Positions 29,201 through 38,728 of a stretch of DNA of 64,000 bases are shown here, piece after piece (positions within the stretch are counted from its first letter, which is position 1; every line of letters begins with the position of its first letter). The stretch lies in the IMG/VR virus record IMGVR_UViG_3300037883_000122, positions 34,775 to 98,774 of that record; one strand, 5' to 3'. The position numbers and the translations under genes were made by a program. The notes under the pieces are model-generated. The model saw only the letters and a program-made list of their open reading frames with translations. It was not told where the DNA came from and made no database searches. This stretch comes from a virus.

Positions 29201-29943
29201 GCTGCAAGCGCCGCCTTCATTTCTGCATTGGCGCGCTTGGATTCCTCCAGCGCGTCTACAGCAACAAAGTAATGGCGGTACTGGAGCTCGAGCGACTTGC
29301 GATGGTAGTTACTGGTAACGTTGGCTTGGTAATCAGCAAGCTGAATAATACCAAGACGCATTTGGTCAAGCTGCTTAAGCTTGTCCCGATGGCGGACTTG
29401 TTCAAGGCCTTCACGGAGTCGATCCTTTTGATCGTTATCTTCGCTTTGCTTTTGTTGCAGCAAAGCAGTGGCTTTCACCATCCCGGCGAGCTGTGCACTG
29501 ATCTCAGCTTCACGCGGGTCGTAATTGGGCGAACTCGGGTTTGCGTCAGCCGTCGCAGTCCAGTCCTTGACCATCTGCGCGACCTTCTTCGGCATCGCCT
29601 CTTCCACTTTCGGAAGCAGACGAGCCGTGGTGCGCTTCAGGTCATTCATGAACGGCCGGATCTCTCGGGCTGTGTCATCGTATAGACTCTTCAGGTTTGA
29701 CGCAGACTTTTCGGTGATGTCATACACCGAACCGAACCCTTTGGGCAACGCCTTCTTGACCATGTCCCGCGCAAAGTCGTTGCTCAGGGCAACGGCTGAG
29801 AAGCCGGTCTTCAAGCCAGACGCCACCTTCATGATCGGTTTGCGGTTGTCCTTGGGTGGCTTGATGTCGAAATCGAAATCAGGCACATCCAGGTTCTTGT
29901 CGAACGAGAAATCGTCCAACGTAAACTTCTGCTGTTTGGCCAT
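23224..29943 (-). CDS. Tape-measure-like tail protein with GH19 peptidoglycan hydrolase domain (phiKZ gp181 position)
   Basis: 2239 aa. FMAQMDHESGGF...ENLNY...YRGRGVVQLTGKDNY...INGGYNGLQDR is a GH19 signature. Also AWDATK repeats and Gly/Ala hydrophobic segments. Confidence 0.85.
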   Translation of the reverse strand: MAKQQKFTLDDFSFDKNLDVPDFDFDIKPPKDNRKPIMKVASGLKTGFSAVALSNDFARDMVKKALPKGFGSVYDITEKSASNLKSLYDDTAREIRPFMNDLKRTTARLLPKVEEAMPKKVAQMVKDWTATADANPSSPNYDPREAEISAQLAGMVKATALLQQKQSEDNDQKDRLREGLEQVRHRDKLKQLDQMRLGIIQLADYQANVTSNYHRKSLELQYRHYFVAVDALEESKRANAEMKAALAAIVHNTALPEQVKLRASDTFKDMAKKQIGSVIGNTIFGRSNDFLNTLMGNLKKTAVGRVKSTVGFGRGALQDVNARLDDMDLAEAMGMKTDPYHTGGVIGGALGTSVLGDWLAGKLKPHLDKIPGIKKTGNKLQYGAENLPQILDQWARSNKHETGGMSDGLIRFLKANVRSASKLQTGVMKDTVQGMNEPSYFSRQSAKTLNEIIPGYLARMLQELQIIRTGDHKTEMVHYDFTKNRFDTHSNVKKNAFGSLVDKDQKEWTKDQVEKLLDEVDGKKTLSPDQRRILGQQLLRNNVRGRLGGVEVLGKTQRYDGDAQQHAGQFSQLFRDYFRNDHDSSKKHSFANAYNSLGQYASASRDSVQDFSNLGMNDFLQESGILNEKGDGVNLEKFFEYYYGSEYNPGGNPAAPGHHTFTGQPMGLKGSRQRRGPRRSAARPSKQPFMGGKSGQGGVGDSLNAKMLGAIHVDTMHIDRNTMHISDMMFSPEQKPSVFSKMLDKLNEMAERMEKGLPTMVVGNVADGNIPAAAVDNGKKSKGWWWNRSIKDAAKGIGGGMWGAARKSGQFANWLVGGGIRSSFGVARFGAGLIGGQLGRAADKMRGFKDVYSEGTGRKVLLYGQRLKAGEYFDVKTGKPIKTWKDIQGAVADESGIVMTDEQAATAYVREGLGKKALRGMGAIVKTAAKIGNGIGGSIFNALPRGWKMVSGVGGMVLKAATSYMNGPQDVYVHDASNPKKLRKALDARTMRAGGYKSAVNDHPIKNPKDIDGAVVNYKGVEVLTDDEFKMGLYSKNGDPLKTGVSRLLSGVGKIAGAGVGALKWLAGGINQGVGNAFGLGKGFLSGLSGMFGRHGIFFGGGKKLMDTVGEIRDLLKERLPKPHNIRKGSIEDQHRARKEAEDEARKGSKDGDQGDKKRGGILSLLSGLFGKKKKKDDEGDGKGGIVDDIESGVGQAIGERILGKIPGGKYLRKIPGLGRLFGKGGAAAAEGAVAGAAKRGIGSRLLGGLKWGKGLGAGLALGAAGSLANATGHTTIGKGLDYAGDAATGWSVASGAAGLLGIEGGALGLAGAAGGALLSGLGAIIASPVLLPALGLAAGAAALYGGYKFLTRNKLDDLSKIRYAQYGWKADDNDYVSKVFGLESTLMPGVVYQGGMAQIDPKKVDLKKAVESFGVDLHDQDQVAAFTTWYLKRFKPVFITHLTVLNGIKQGVSLGDVDSKLNAQEKQKYLSGIQMPSDPYNVMVSPVPGGKLSAGPDDVKAAIDDAKKSIDKDAKDDKDKKPTDALSKAADATGPKLGAGTAVAAGAAAGAAVAALNQQATANQPQMPKVGGGGLAAAGASVGAAITAMNNAQVGAMEAIRFKTYGLKDMDTDKVHSLRQLETLVQKDVKVSKGKADWGGDVSDLTAKIAPQFGFSGNRSNRAYDWMAWFHKRFLPTYLTYVSAVCSVTNQQDPTSAMKAIKPDDLLNAAKQVVSASTTAYGMATSVWQIPTSPWENYELNKESASTDGNMASLKQAQKAPALPEQAAFQKKTSAANDSKNTSQDGQPAAQPSWLDKLKSGVSNAWDATKAFAGKAWDATKSAASAVGNGIVNAGVAVGSAVGSVVSGAGDALKSGYNAAKGAAGRIGATISASAGAIKNALITAMKTAGISDPKEQAMFMAQMDHESGGFKSLSENLNYRPSVLMSLFKGHFSGAQDAQQVASEGPEAIANRIYGGRMGNKDPGDGWKYRGRGVVQLTGKDNYIKFGKLTGLDLVNNPDLASDPVNAAKIAIAYWKSRVSSAAAKNGDVAAVTKAINGGYNGLQDRAAKFQTYLSQAASGALGGKPDPNAAQQADATGAPGAAPSAGGAAPSGGGMMKVADQTPGPAPATKGTTPTPSASSDASAAVNAQPDSIASQTASVTGFQTRNKDLAAQGDYQAESLAKSLGPVTDVLKQSLTVQQGMLQALQQLVKMGVGQSGQKPSNTPAPTGGSASPDAMQRKNPTSMPTPPVSMSKMV

Positions 29944-30017
29944 AAATCACAGGCTCCAGTTATTCGGGCGTCTTGTACTCCCTCATAATTTCAGTCTAAA
30001 AATCCGCAGGATAAGAT

Positions 30018-31646
30018 ATGCCTCAAAAATCCGACGTGCCATTTAACGTAAGCATCTTACAGCTTACGGAGAAAAAGCTCGTAGGGGTGAAGCCTGTTAC
30101 CAAGCAGGACATCTTCGATGGCGCGACGCGCAACTTCGATGAGAGCGGTCTTTTCTCTGTTTCCATCTTCGGCAAAGTCGGGGATGAGAAACGTTCCCGA
30201 CGCTTTTCTTTCATCGACATCAAGGCCCCGATCTTTCACCCAGTGATCTATCGCGCACTGGTGGCCATGAAGCGCCTTTATGCCGGTATCATGGCGGGTA
30301 GCGAATACGCCATCTGGAATCCGGAAATCAAGGACTTCGAACGTTCCAACGCTGTGGTCGGACGCACGGGCTTTGCGTTCTTCCTCGAGTACTGGAAGTT
30401 CATCGAGTACGGTGAGACCAAATCGGTCACCCGCGACCAGAACCAGCAACTGATTAAGAAGTTCGCTGACGTGGCGATCACCAGCAAAGTGATCGTGATG
30501 CCTGCCGGGATGCGTGACGTGGAACTCGACGGTGGTCGGGTGCAGATGGACGAGATCAATGGCTTCTATCGGAAGCTGCTCGCCATTGCCAACACCATTC
30601 CCGAGAGCGCGGTGAAGTCCTCGCCGGAAGTGATCAATACAGCACGCTTTAATCTGCAGCTCTCCTTCAATCAGCTCTACGAGCTGTTGGAGAACATGGT
30701 GCAGGGTAAGAAGAAGCTGCTGCTTGGTAAGTGGGCCTCGCGTCGGATTCAGGACGGTACGCGAAACGTGATTACGGCGATGGATACGTCCAACCCGTAT
30801 CTCGGCGCACCGGATGCCGTGGGCTTTAACAACACCGTGATCGGTTTGTACCAGCTGCTCAAAGCCGCGCGACCGATTGCGATGTACCACATCCGCAATG
30901 GCTTTCTCTCGAAGGTGTTCTTCGAAGTGGGTCGACCGGTCAAGCTCATCGACAAGAAGACGCTGCGCCCGGTGGAAGTGACGCTTAAGCCCCAGTCGTA
31001 CGATCGCTGGATGACCAACGAAGGGATTGAAAAGGTCATCACCAGCTTTAGCGACGAGAACATGCGCCACAAGCCGCTGGAGATCGAAGGCTACTATCTG
31101 GGTCTGATGTATAAGGGCCCGGACGGTACGTACAAGATCTTCCAGGACATCGGCGATGTGCCCATTGATCGCAGTCGCAAGGACGTCACACCGCTCACCT
31201 TCGTCGAGCTGCTCTATTTGTCTACGTTCCCCTACATCAACAACCTGCCGCTCTTTGTGACGCGGTACCCGGTGACCGGTGTGGGCTCGATCTATCCGTC
31301 GATGTCGTATGTGAAGACGACCATCATTGCGGAAGTGCGTAAGGAACTCAATGATAACTGGCAGCTCGGTTCCGAGTCTAAGATTGCGTACCAGTTCCCG
31401 ATTGCGGGAGGTGCGTTCATCAACTCGCTCGTGCCCCACTCGGCCAAGCTCGGTAAGCTCGGCGCTGACTTCGATGGCGACACGGCCTCGGCTAACGTGA
31501 CGTATTCGGACGAGTCGATTCAAGAGGTGAAGACTCACCTTACGAAGAAACGCGCCTACGTCGGTACCGACGGTTCGTTCATCTCCAGTATCGATGTCGC
31601 GACCGTGGCACTGGTCATGCACAATCTGACAGGTTACGATTCATGA
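30018..31646 (+). CDS. Virion RNA polymerase beta' subunit, N-terminal/catalytic part (phiKZ gp180-like)
   Basis: Catalytic ADFDGD, GLFSVSIFG, VMPAGMRD, TRYP. Confidence 0.93.
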   Translation: MPQKSDVPFNVSILQLTEKKLVGVKPVTKQDIFDGATRNFDESGLFSVSIFGKVGDEKRSRRFSFIDIKAPIFHPVIYRALVAMKRLYAGIMAGSEYAIWNPEIKDFERSNAVVGRTGFAFFLEYWKFIEYGETKSVTRDQNQQLIKKFADVAITSKVIVMPAGMRDVELDGGRVQMDEINGFYRKLLAIANTIPESAVKSSPEVINTARFNLQLSFNQLYELLENMVQGKKKLLLGKWASRRIQDGTRNVITAMDTSNPYLGAPDAVGFNNTVIGLYQLLKAARPIAMYHIRNGFLSKVFFEVGRPVKLIDKKTLRPVEVTLKPQSYDRWMTNEGIEKVITSFSDENMRHKPLEIEGYYLGLMYKGPDGTYKIFQDIGDVPIDRSRKDVTPLTFVELLYLSTFPYINNLPLFVTRYPVTGVGSIYPSMSYVKTTIIAEVRKELNDNWQLGSESKIAYQFPIAGGAFINSLVPHSAKLGKLGADFDGDTASANVTYSDESIQEVKTHLTKKRAYVGTDGSFISSIDVATVALVMHNLTGYDS

Positions 31647-34600
31647 TTTTCTTTAACAACTTCTTTCGGAGTTTTGGTGTCCGCACGGCGGGACAGCTGA
31701 CCAATCCCCCGATGCCGAAAGTTGACAAGCTGGAACTCCCACGTAACTCGATGTACCACTACGTGAGCGAATCCGCGGTTGACATCGGTCCTCGGTCGGA
31801 TGAGTTTCTGTTCCGTCATGTGGCACGCCCGATTCCGATGTCGCACGTGATCGAGTTGCTCTCCGACAAAGGCATGCCCCGTCGAGTCGCGCATCCGATC
31901 GAAACCGAGATCCGGAAGTACCATCAGCATCACCGCCGTTATCGGCGTCAGCTGAATCTGCAAGCAGGCCTGCGGGACCAGAATGTTCCGTTCGTGATGA
32001 ACTACGGCTTTCTCACTGGCCTGTACCGATATCAGCGCTCGATGTTCACCGAGTACAACCGCTGGTACAACATCGCCTCGACGGTGTGGCAGAACATCGG
32101 TAAGCTCGCGGCACAAACGGATCGTCATCAGTTCATTCAGATCCGCTTGCCGCGGGTGTTGCCGGGTCTGACGGATCTGCGCATTGCCTCGGAATCGCTG
32201 GTGGACGGTGAAGTCCTGAACTACGCGACCGAAGGCATGAAGCTCGCTATCGAGTCAGCGGATGCAGGCTGGCTGCAGTCGATGGACGTCTATCCGAACA
32301 TGGTAGATAACGTCGCGATGGAAGCGATGAATCAGCGTACGCTGCGCGTGTTCCACACGCCGGAAACGCTGATGATGCTTGAGCTGTGGAAGTGGGCTGG
32401 TCCGAACCGTCACGCATCGGTGATCTCTCACGTCGATGACAAGTACCTGGATCGTATCAACCTGCTCTTCGTAGAGTCGGGTCGGTGGTTCGTGGTGAAC
32501 CTGGGTGTGATCAACCGTTGGCGCATCGCAACGGAAGAAGAACTCGCCGCGAACCCGCAAGCGAACACCAAGGGTCTCGAGCCGGTGCAGCTGCAACGTC
32601 GCTTGCTGCGTATGTCGATGTCGCTCTTCCAGGTGCGTACCGACGTGGGTCCGGAAGTCCAGCTGGCAACCAATGCTGAAGAGCCGGTGCAAAATGCCGA
32701 TCAACAGGTGGAGCAAAGCGAGCAGGAAGAAGGCCACCCGAATACGCCGGATTCTATTTACGAGGAAGGTGATCCGGGCGAGCAGTTTGACGCTCAGAAG
32801 GGCGATGAGGAAGAGGAGCACAACGGCGTCGTCATGCTGCCTGCGACGAATCCGAAGGTCGATCCCAAAACGGGTGAGACGCTGCTCAAGCCTGATACCA
32901 TCAAGTCGTACGACGAAACGTTCGACGATGGCAAGGCGTTGGTGGAAACGGAACTCGCCGAAGACTTCAAGTTCGACCCGAACGAAGACGCACAGATTGA
33001 AAAGGATCTGGCGGAACTCGATCGCCTGTCGCGCCATGTGCACGATCAGCAGGAGAAGGTCGAGACGACGGACATCAACGACATTGCACAGCCCGAAGAC
33101 GGCGTGATTGCGATGCTCAACCGCCTGGCTGATGAAGGCATGGTGTCCGCGGCGGAATACCGGCGTCTGTCGCAACTGGCGCAAGCCCCGAAGTCGATCA
33201 CGTCACCGGACAACAAGACTAACCTGGCGGACTTCGTGGTCATCCAGCCGCACCAAACGGTGATCACTGAATCGAAGTCGATCAAGGACATCCCGACGGT
33301 GCTGGATAAGACGATGCTGAAGTCATCGCTCCTGGAGTTCGATCAGCGTTACATCGAAGAGCTGCTGGAGAAGGACGTAGCAGCGATGGTGCTGGCGTTG
33401 CAAAACGCTGGGATCTGCGTGACGGCTTATGACCGGGAAGAAGTACACGACGTGATGGGTTCGTACGTTATGTACCACATCCGTGTCGTACCTGTCCAGG
33501 GCACTGCGTCGACGCTGCACTTTAAGTTGCCGCTGCTGTCCGAGGATGGCACCTACATGGCTAACGGTACGCGTTATCGCATCCGTAAGCAAAAGGGTGA
33601 CATGCCGATCCGCAAGATCGCACCGGACCGTGTGGCACTGACCTCTTACTACGGTAAGCTCTTTGTGAGCCGCAGTGAGAAGCGGGTGAACGACAAGGCA
33701 GCGTGGTTGCGTAATGCGATCATGGCCATGGGGCTCGATAACGAGAACACCACGGTCGTGAATCTGCATCCGGGCGACATGTTCGATAACCTCTTCGAAT
33801 GCCCGCGATTGTATTCGACGATGGCGATGGGCTTCCGGGGTTTCACGATTGACTCGGCTCACTTCCCGAAGAAGCTGAACTTCCTCTTCGATCACTCGAA
33901 GCGTGAAGCGCTTTACGGGGATGCCGTCATCAAGCGCCTGGAGCACAACGGTAGCATCATCTGCGGTCAGGCCGAAGGTGGTGAGTACATCGTGATGGAC
34001 AAGAACGGCACGATGGCACTCGTGACGCCGCGTGACGACGGTCAGGTCAACAATGGCGACATTGTGCCGGACTTCGAGAAGCTGCTCGATCTGGAGATGA
34101 AGAAAGCCCCGGTCGAGTTCTGTGAGCTGAAGGTGCTGGGTCGGACCATTCCGCTGGGGGTGATCCTCGGGTACCAACTGGGCTTGGAAAAGCTCATGAA
34201 GGCCCTGAAGGTGACCGCTCGTCGGGTGCATGCTGGTCAGCGCCTGAATCTGGAAGACTTCGAGTACGCGATTCAGTTCGCGGACGAAACGCTGATCTTC
34301 GATCGTCGGGACACGTTCGCCTCGATGATCCTCGCAGGCTTCAATGAGTATCACCGCGGCATCCGGAACTACAGCGTCTACGAGTTTGACCGTCGGGGTG
34401 TGTATCTGAACATCCTCGAAGCAGGTGGTCGCAGTGAGCGGTACCTGCGTGAGATCGACTTGATGTACCAGATGTTTGTCGATCCGATCACGAAGGAACT
34501 CTTGCTGTCGATGCACGAGCCGGTCAAGTTCCAAGGTCTGCTGTTGCGCTCGGTGCAGATGCTGCTCTCGGATCACCATCCGGATGAACTCGATTCGAAG

Positions 34601-36187
34601 TACATGCGGATCAAGGGCTACGAGCGGATGGCAGGTGCCGTGTACGCTGAACTGATTCGCTCGATCCGGATTCACAACGGTCGTCCGGGGAAGAACAAGC
34701 ATCCGATCGATCTGAACCCGTACGCAGTCTGGACGGCGATTCAGACCGACCCGGCCAAGAACCAGGTGTCAGACATCAACCCGGTGGAAAACCTGAAAGA
34801 CGTGGAAGCTGTCACGTTCTCGGGCACTGGGGGTCGGGGTTCACGCTCGATGACCAAACGGACGCGTGTGTACCATCGCAACGACATGGGGACGATCTCC
34901 GAGTCGACGAAGGACAGCTCGGACGTGGCCATCAATACGTATCTGTCGGCTGACCCGCAATTCGATTCACTGCGCGGGACCAGTAAGGGCTATGTGGTAG
35001 GGGAAACGGGGGCGACGGCACTTCTGTCTACTGCGGCACTTCTGTCACCGGCCTCGGACAAGGACGATGCAAAGCGGGTGAACTTCGTGGGGATTCAGCA
35101 CTCGCACGGGATTGCGTGTGAAGGCTACACCCAGGCACCGGTACGCACAGGCTACGAGCAGATTCTGGCTCACCGTACGTCAGATCTCTACGCCTTCACG
35201 GCGAAGAAGGACGGCAAGGTGATCAGCGTCACGGACACGGGCATGGTCGTGGAATACGCGGATGGTACGCGTAAGGGGATTGACCTGGGTCGTCGCTACG
35301 GTAACGCAGCAGGACTCACGGTTGCTCACATGGTCGTGGCGGATGTTACGGAAGGGCAAGAGTTCAAGGCAGGAGATTTGCTCTGCCACAACACTGGGTT
35401 CTTCGAGCGGGATACGTTGAATCCGAATGGCGTGGTGTGGAAAGCAGGGGCGATCGTTAAGACCGTTCTGATGGAGTCAACTGACACACTGGAAGACTCC
35501 TCGGCGATTAGCAAGCGGGTCTCGGGGCTGCTCATGACGAAGACCACCAAGGTTCGCAAGATCGTGGTGAACTTCGAGCAGTCGGTTCGGCGGCTGGTAA
35601 AGCTGGGCCAAACCGTGGCAAGCGAGGACATCTTATGCATAATCGAGGACGCGGTCACCGCGAACAACAACCTCTTCGATGAAGAGTCGCTGGACACTCT
35701 GCGTTTGTTGTCTGCGCAGGCTCCGCAATCAAAGTCGAAGGGTGTGGTTGAGCGCATCGAAGTCTTCTATCATGGCGACAAAGAAGACATGTCGGAATCG
35801 CTTCGACAACTGGCAAATACGTCGGATCGTGAATTGGCTAAACGTCACCGTTCTGCGGGACGCAAGAGCTTTACGGGGAGCACCGATGAGGGCTTCCGGG
35901 TAGATGGGGAACCCTTGGCGTTGGATACCATGGCCATCCAGATCTACATCACGACGGACGTCGGAGCCGGTGTGGGCGATAAGGGCGTGTTTGCCAACCA
36001 GCTGAAGACGGTGTTCGGCAAGGTGATGGAGCGTGAACTGAAGACGGAGTCCGGTGTGACCATCGACTGTATCTTCGGTTACAAGAGTGTCTACGATCGC
36101 ATTGTGAATAGCCCTGTGATCATCGGCACCACCACCACCCTGCTGGATGTGATTGCGAAGCGAGCAGTCGCTGCCTACAAGAGCTAA
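31643..36187 (+). CDS. Virion RNA polymerase beta subunit, large N-terminal part (phiKZ gp178-like)
   Basis: GTISESTKDSSDVA, DDAKRVNF..IQ, EDSSAIS, GDKGVFANQLK are RpoB motifs. ATGA-coupled to beta'. Confidence 0.92.
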   Translation: MIFFNNFFRSFGVRTAGQLTNPPMPKVDKLELPRNSMYHYVSESAVDIGPRSDEFLFRHVARPIPMSHVIELLSDKGMPRRVAHPIETEIRKYHQHHRRYRRQLNLQAGLRDQNVPFVMNYGFLTGLYRYQRSMFTEYNRWYNIASTVWQNIGKLAAQTDRHQFIQIRLPRVLPGLTDLRIASESLVDGEVLNYATEGMKLAIESADAGWLQSMDVYPNMVDNVAMEAMNQRTLRVFHTPETLMMLELWKWAGPNRHASVISHVDDKYLDRINLLFVESGRWFVVNLGVINRWRIATEEELAANPQANTKGLEPVQLQRRLLRMSMSLFQVRTDVGPEVQLATNAEEPVQNADQQVEQSEQEEGHPNTPDSIYEEGDPGEQFDAQKGDEEEEHNGVVMLPATNPKVDPKTGETLLKPDTIKSYDETFDDGKALVETELAEDFKFDPNEDAQIEKDLAELDRLSRHVHDQQEKVETTDINDIAQPEDGVIAMLNRLADEGMVSAAEYRRLSQLAQAPKSITSPDNKTNLADFVVIQPHQTVITESKSIKDIPTVLDKTMLKSSLLEFDQRYIEELLEKDVAAMVLALQNAGICVTAYDREEVHDVMGSYVMYHIRVVPVQGTASTLHFKLPLLSEDGTYMANGTRYRIRKQKGDMPIRKIAPDRVALTSYYGKLFVSRSEKRVNDKAAWLRNAIMAMGLDNENTTVVNLHPGDMFDNLFECPRLYSTMAMGFRGFTIDSAHFPKKLNFLFDHSKREALYGDAVIKRLEHNGSIICGQAEGGEYIVMDKNGTMALVTPRDDGQVNNGDIVPDFEKLLDLEMKKAPVEFCELKVLGRTIPLGVILGYQLGLEKLMKALKVTARRVHAGQRLNLEDFEYAIQFADETLIFDRRDTFASMILAGFNEYHRGIRNYSVYEFDRRGVYLNILEAGGRSERYLREIDLMYQMFVDPITKELLLSMHEPVKFQGLLLRSVQMLLSDHHPDELDSKYMRIKGYERMAGAVYAELIRSIRIHNGRPGKNKHPIDLNPYAVWTAIQTDPAKNQVSDINPVENLKDVEAVTFSGTGGRGSRSMTKRTRVYHRNDMGTISESTKDSSDVAINTYLSADPQFDSLRGTSKGYVVGETGATALLSTAALLSPASDKDDAKRVNFVGIQHSHGIACEGYTQAPVRTGYEQILAHRTSDLYAFTAKKDGKVISVTDTGMVVEYADGTRKGIDLGRRYGNAAGLTVAHMVVADVTEGQEFKAGDLLCHNTGFFERDTLNPNGVVWKAGAIVKTVLMESTDTLEDSSAISKRVSGLLMTKTTKVRKIVVNFEQSVRRLVKLGQTVASEDILCIIEDAVTANNNLFDEESLDTLRLLSAQAPQSKSKGVVERIEVFYHGDKEDMSESLRQLANTSDRELAKRHRSAGRKSFTGSTDEGFRVDGEPLALDTMAIQIYITTDVGAGVGDKGVFANQLKTVFGKVMERELKTESGVTIDCIFGYKSVYDRIVNSPVIIGTTTTLLDVIAKRAVAAYKS

Positions 36188-36276
36188 CGAAAGCGGGCTG
36201 CTGGGGTGAATGCCCCAGCGGTCTACTTTGCCTTTATTCACGTCCTTTCAATTCCGTCCACTAGATAGGAAAAATC

Positions 36277-36474
36277 ATGCAATTGCAAGATTCGCATCGG
36301 ACTGTCTGCACCTTCGGCAACGGTGCCGAACTGGTAGCGGCCATTGTCCTGGGAGTCGTCGGCAACGACGTAGCGGACACCATCAACGGCTCGCCTCTCA
36401 CGCGCAGCACCATTTACAATCTCGCGCAGCTGAAGTTCCAGGAAGCTGCGGGCAAGTACCTCGGGGGCGAATAA
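36277..36474 (+). CDS. Small hypothetical protein
   Basis: AGGA SD, abuts the next gene. Confidence 0.6.
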   Translation: MQLQDSHRTVCTFGNGAELVAAIVLGVVGNDVADTINGSPLTRSTIYNLAQLKFQEAAGKYLGGE

Positions 36475-36475
36475 C

Positions 36476-37963
36476 ATGTTGACGATCGAAGCACTCCAAA
36501 GCGCACTGCCGCTGGCCGAGCGTCTGGACCAGCGCGGCTTCGTCGCACTGCCCCGTCCGGATACCCCGCTCGAAATGCTGTGCGCTCGTACGCGTAGCGG
36601 CGAAGAAGTCGTGTCGGCCACCGATGGCGTGACTATCAAGGTCGACGTGCAGCAAATGGCACTGTCCGCAGCCGCCAAGGACCCCGTGTTCGGTGAGAGC
36701 CAGCACGACCAGGCACTGGACGACATCGCTGGGGTTTGCATTCCGGCGGTGCAAGGCCACATCAAGCACGCACGTGAAGTCGTGGCCCCTGCGGTCGACG
36801 AACTCGTCACTCGCACCACGGAACTGCTCTCGCACCAGACCACGGCCAAGCTGCTCGGCATGGAAGTCACGGTCGAGGAAGTCCCGGCGCCGCTGACCAA
36901 TTCGTCGTTCGACACGATGGTCCGCAAGTACGAAGAGACGCCGCTCAATAGCCCGGCTCTCACGTTCGACCTGCCGGATCAAACCGGCGCGGAAATCGTC
37001 GAACTGATGAAGACTGGCTCGGGTTCGCTCGATAGCGAAATCGAACAGTTTGCCTCGACCTTGGGTGATGGTTGCCTGATGGGTATCTGGCGTGATCTGT
37101 TCCAGCAATCGCAAGCCGACATCGTCGACACGCGCGCCAAGCGCTTCATCGACTATCTGCAAGATTCGGAATGCGGTCTGGACAACGCGCTGGTGATCTT
37201 CCTGCTCGCGCGCAAGCTCGTGGACAACCCGCTCGACGGGATCACGATGAGCCTGCAGTCGTACGAAACGCTGATGGCCGACTTCCGTGACCAGGCAGCA
37301 GCACATCTGTGCCGCGAACTGGATGCGATCGACCAGGCTGAGCGTAACGGCGCGCTGGTGGTCAAGTTCACGAACAACAACATCGTCGTGAACGATGCGC
37401 TGTATCGCAAGTGGCTGGAAGACGGCGGCGATAACGACGTGCTGTTCGGCAACCTGCTGCAAAGCAATCCGTACGTGATGCTCGCGGACATCGAAGAGAA
37501 CGCTCAGCAGCTCAAGCGTGCCTGGGCGAATCATTCGGCGCTGGTCGGTACGGTCGAGCAGAACAAGCGCTTTGCCCGGACCAAGGAAGCCCTCGCGTCG
37601 GTGTTCCGTACGCAGATGCGCGACATGGCTGACGATGAGCGCGCCAACATCGACGTCGAGAAAGCGATCAACCGTTTCGACGTGTTGCTCGACGACGTGG
37701 TGGAGTCGGAACTGGACTGCCTGTACACGATCGCGTTGCGTCTGGTGTGCCGTTCACGTTTCATTCGCACCGAAGCCGAACGTATCCTCGGCGGCATCGA
37801 CCGGATCAAGAAGAAGAATCCGGAACTCGACATCCGTGAAGCAGCTGAAATCTCGGTGATCGAGTACGTGGCCTGGTGGGTGGCCACGCAGGTGTACGTC
37901 GTCGACGCGAAGACCATGAAAATGAAGGAGCAGCAAAGCGCTCCTGTAGTGGTCGCTGGCTAA
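36476..37963 (+). CDS. Conserved hypothetical protein (phiKZ gp177 position)
   Basis: 495-aa ORF with strong codon bias, between RNAP beta and the protease. Confidence 0.7.
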   Translation: MLTIEALQSALPLAERLDQRGFVALPRPDTPLEMLCARTRSGEEVVSATDGVTIKVDVQQMALSAAAKDPVFGESQHDQALDDIAGVCIPAVQGHIKHAREVVAPAVDELVTRTTELLSHQTTAKLLGMEVTVEEVPAPLTNSSFDTMVRKYEETPLNSPALTFDLPDQTGAEIVELMKTGSGSLDSEIEQFASTLGDGCLMGIWRDLFQQSQADIVDTRAKRFIDYLQDSECGLDNALVIFLLARKLVDNPLDGITMSLQSYETLMADFRDQAAAHLCRELDAIDQAERNGALVVKFTNNNIVVNDALYRKWLEDGGDNDVLFGNLLQSNPYVMLADIEENAQQLKRAWANHSALVGTVEQNKRFARTKEALASVFRTQMRDMADDERANIDVEKAINRFDVLLDDVVESELDCLYTIALRLVCRSRFIRTEAERILGGIDRIKKKNPELDIREAAEISVIEYVAWWVATQVYVVDAKTMKMKEQQSAPVVVAG

Positions 37964-37977
37964 GCCGGAGGTAAGTC

Positions 37978-38703
37978 ATGGACGTCAGTAAACTGATTCG
38001 CGATCCCAAGCGTGTCCAGGCTTACCTCGAAGAACTTCCCGATGGGAGCCTCGTTTGTAAGAAGCCGGTGAAGATTTATATCCCCGCCCGCTTTGAAGAA
38101 CGAGCGCTCGCGCAGATTGGCATCGACACCTACATTGTGGGTGTTTATGCCATCGTCGTAGAGGACACGTATTATGGCGTTTCGCTGGTGAACGCCATGT
38201 TGCCGATCGAACCGACTTCGACCCTGAAGATTCAGATTGAAGGCGACGATTACTACGAGTTCAGTTTTGATGCCGGTAGCGTGGTTTGTCCCAGTGTGGA
38301 TCTGGTGAAGAACGACGTGCTGGTGTACAAAATCTACGACGAGATCATCTCGAAGGGCCGAGTGCCTTGGTACCTTGGTTACCTCGAACTCGCGAAAATC
38401 TTCGACACGGCCAAGTACCACGCCGGTGCGAATATCGGTGCGAACCAGGAAGTCACGGAGCTGATCATTTCGATGATCGCGCGAGATGAGAAGGATCGGA
38501 ATAAGAACTACCGAACGACGATCACGGCCCTGGATCAACTCCAGACCAATCGTCCGGCCTTTATCCCGCTGCGCTCCGTCCAGTTTGCAGCGACCAATAC
38601 GACCAACAAGCTCGCCGGGTCGTACTTCAGTGATGCGTTGGTCAGTGCGCTGGTGAACCCAAGTGATCGGGTCGAGCGGATTGAATCACTGTTGAGAGCG
38701 TGA
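37978..38703 (+). CDS. Probable virion RNAP beta' C-terminal subunit (phiKZ gp176/SPN3US gp244-like)
   Basis: Immediately upstream of the protease. C-terminus PLRSVQFAATNTTNKLAGSYFSDALVSAL resembles the RpoC C-terminal region. Confidence 0.65.
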   Translation: MDVSKLIRDPKRVQAYLEELPDGSLVCKKPVKIYIPARFEERALAQIGIDTYIVGVYAIVVEDTYYGVSLVNAMLPIEPTSTLKIQIEGDDYYEFSFDAGSVVCPSVDLVKNDVLVYKIYDEIISKGRVPWYLGYLELAKIFDTAKYHAGANIGANQEVTELIISMIARDEKDRNKNYRTTITALDQLQTNRPAFIPLRSVQFAATNTTNKLAGSYFSDALVSALVNPSDRVERIESLLRA

Positions 38704-38728
38704 GCAGGACCAACGAACGAGAACCAGT

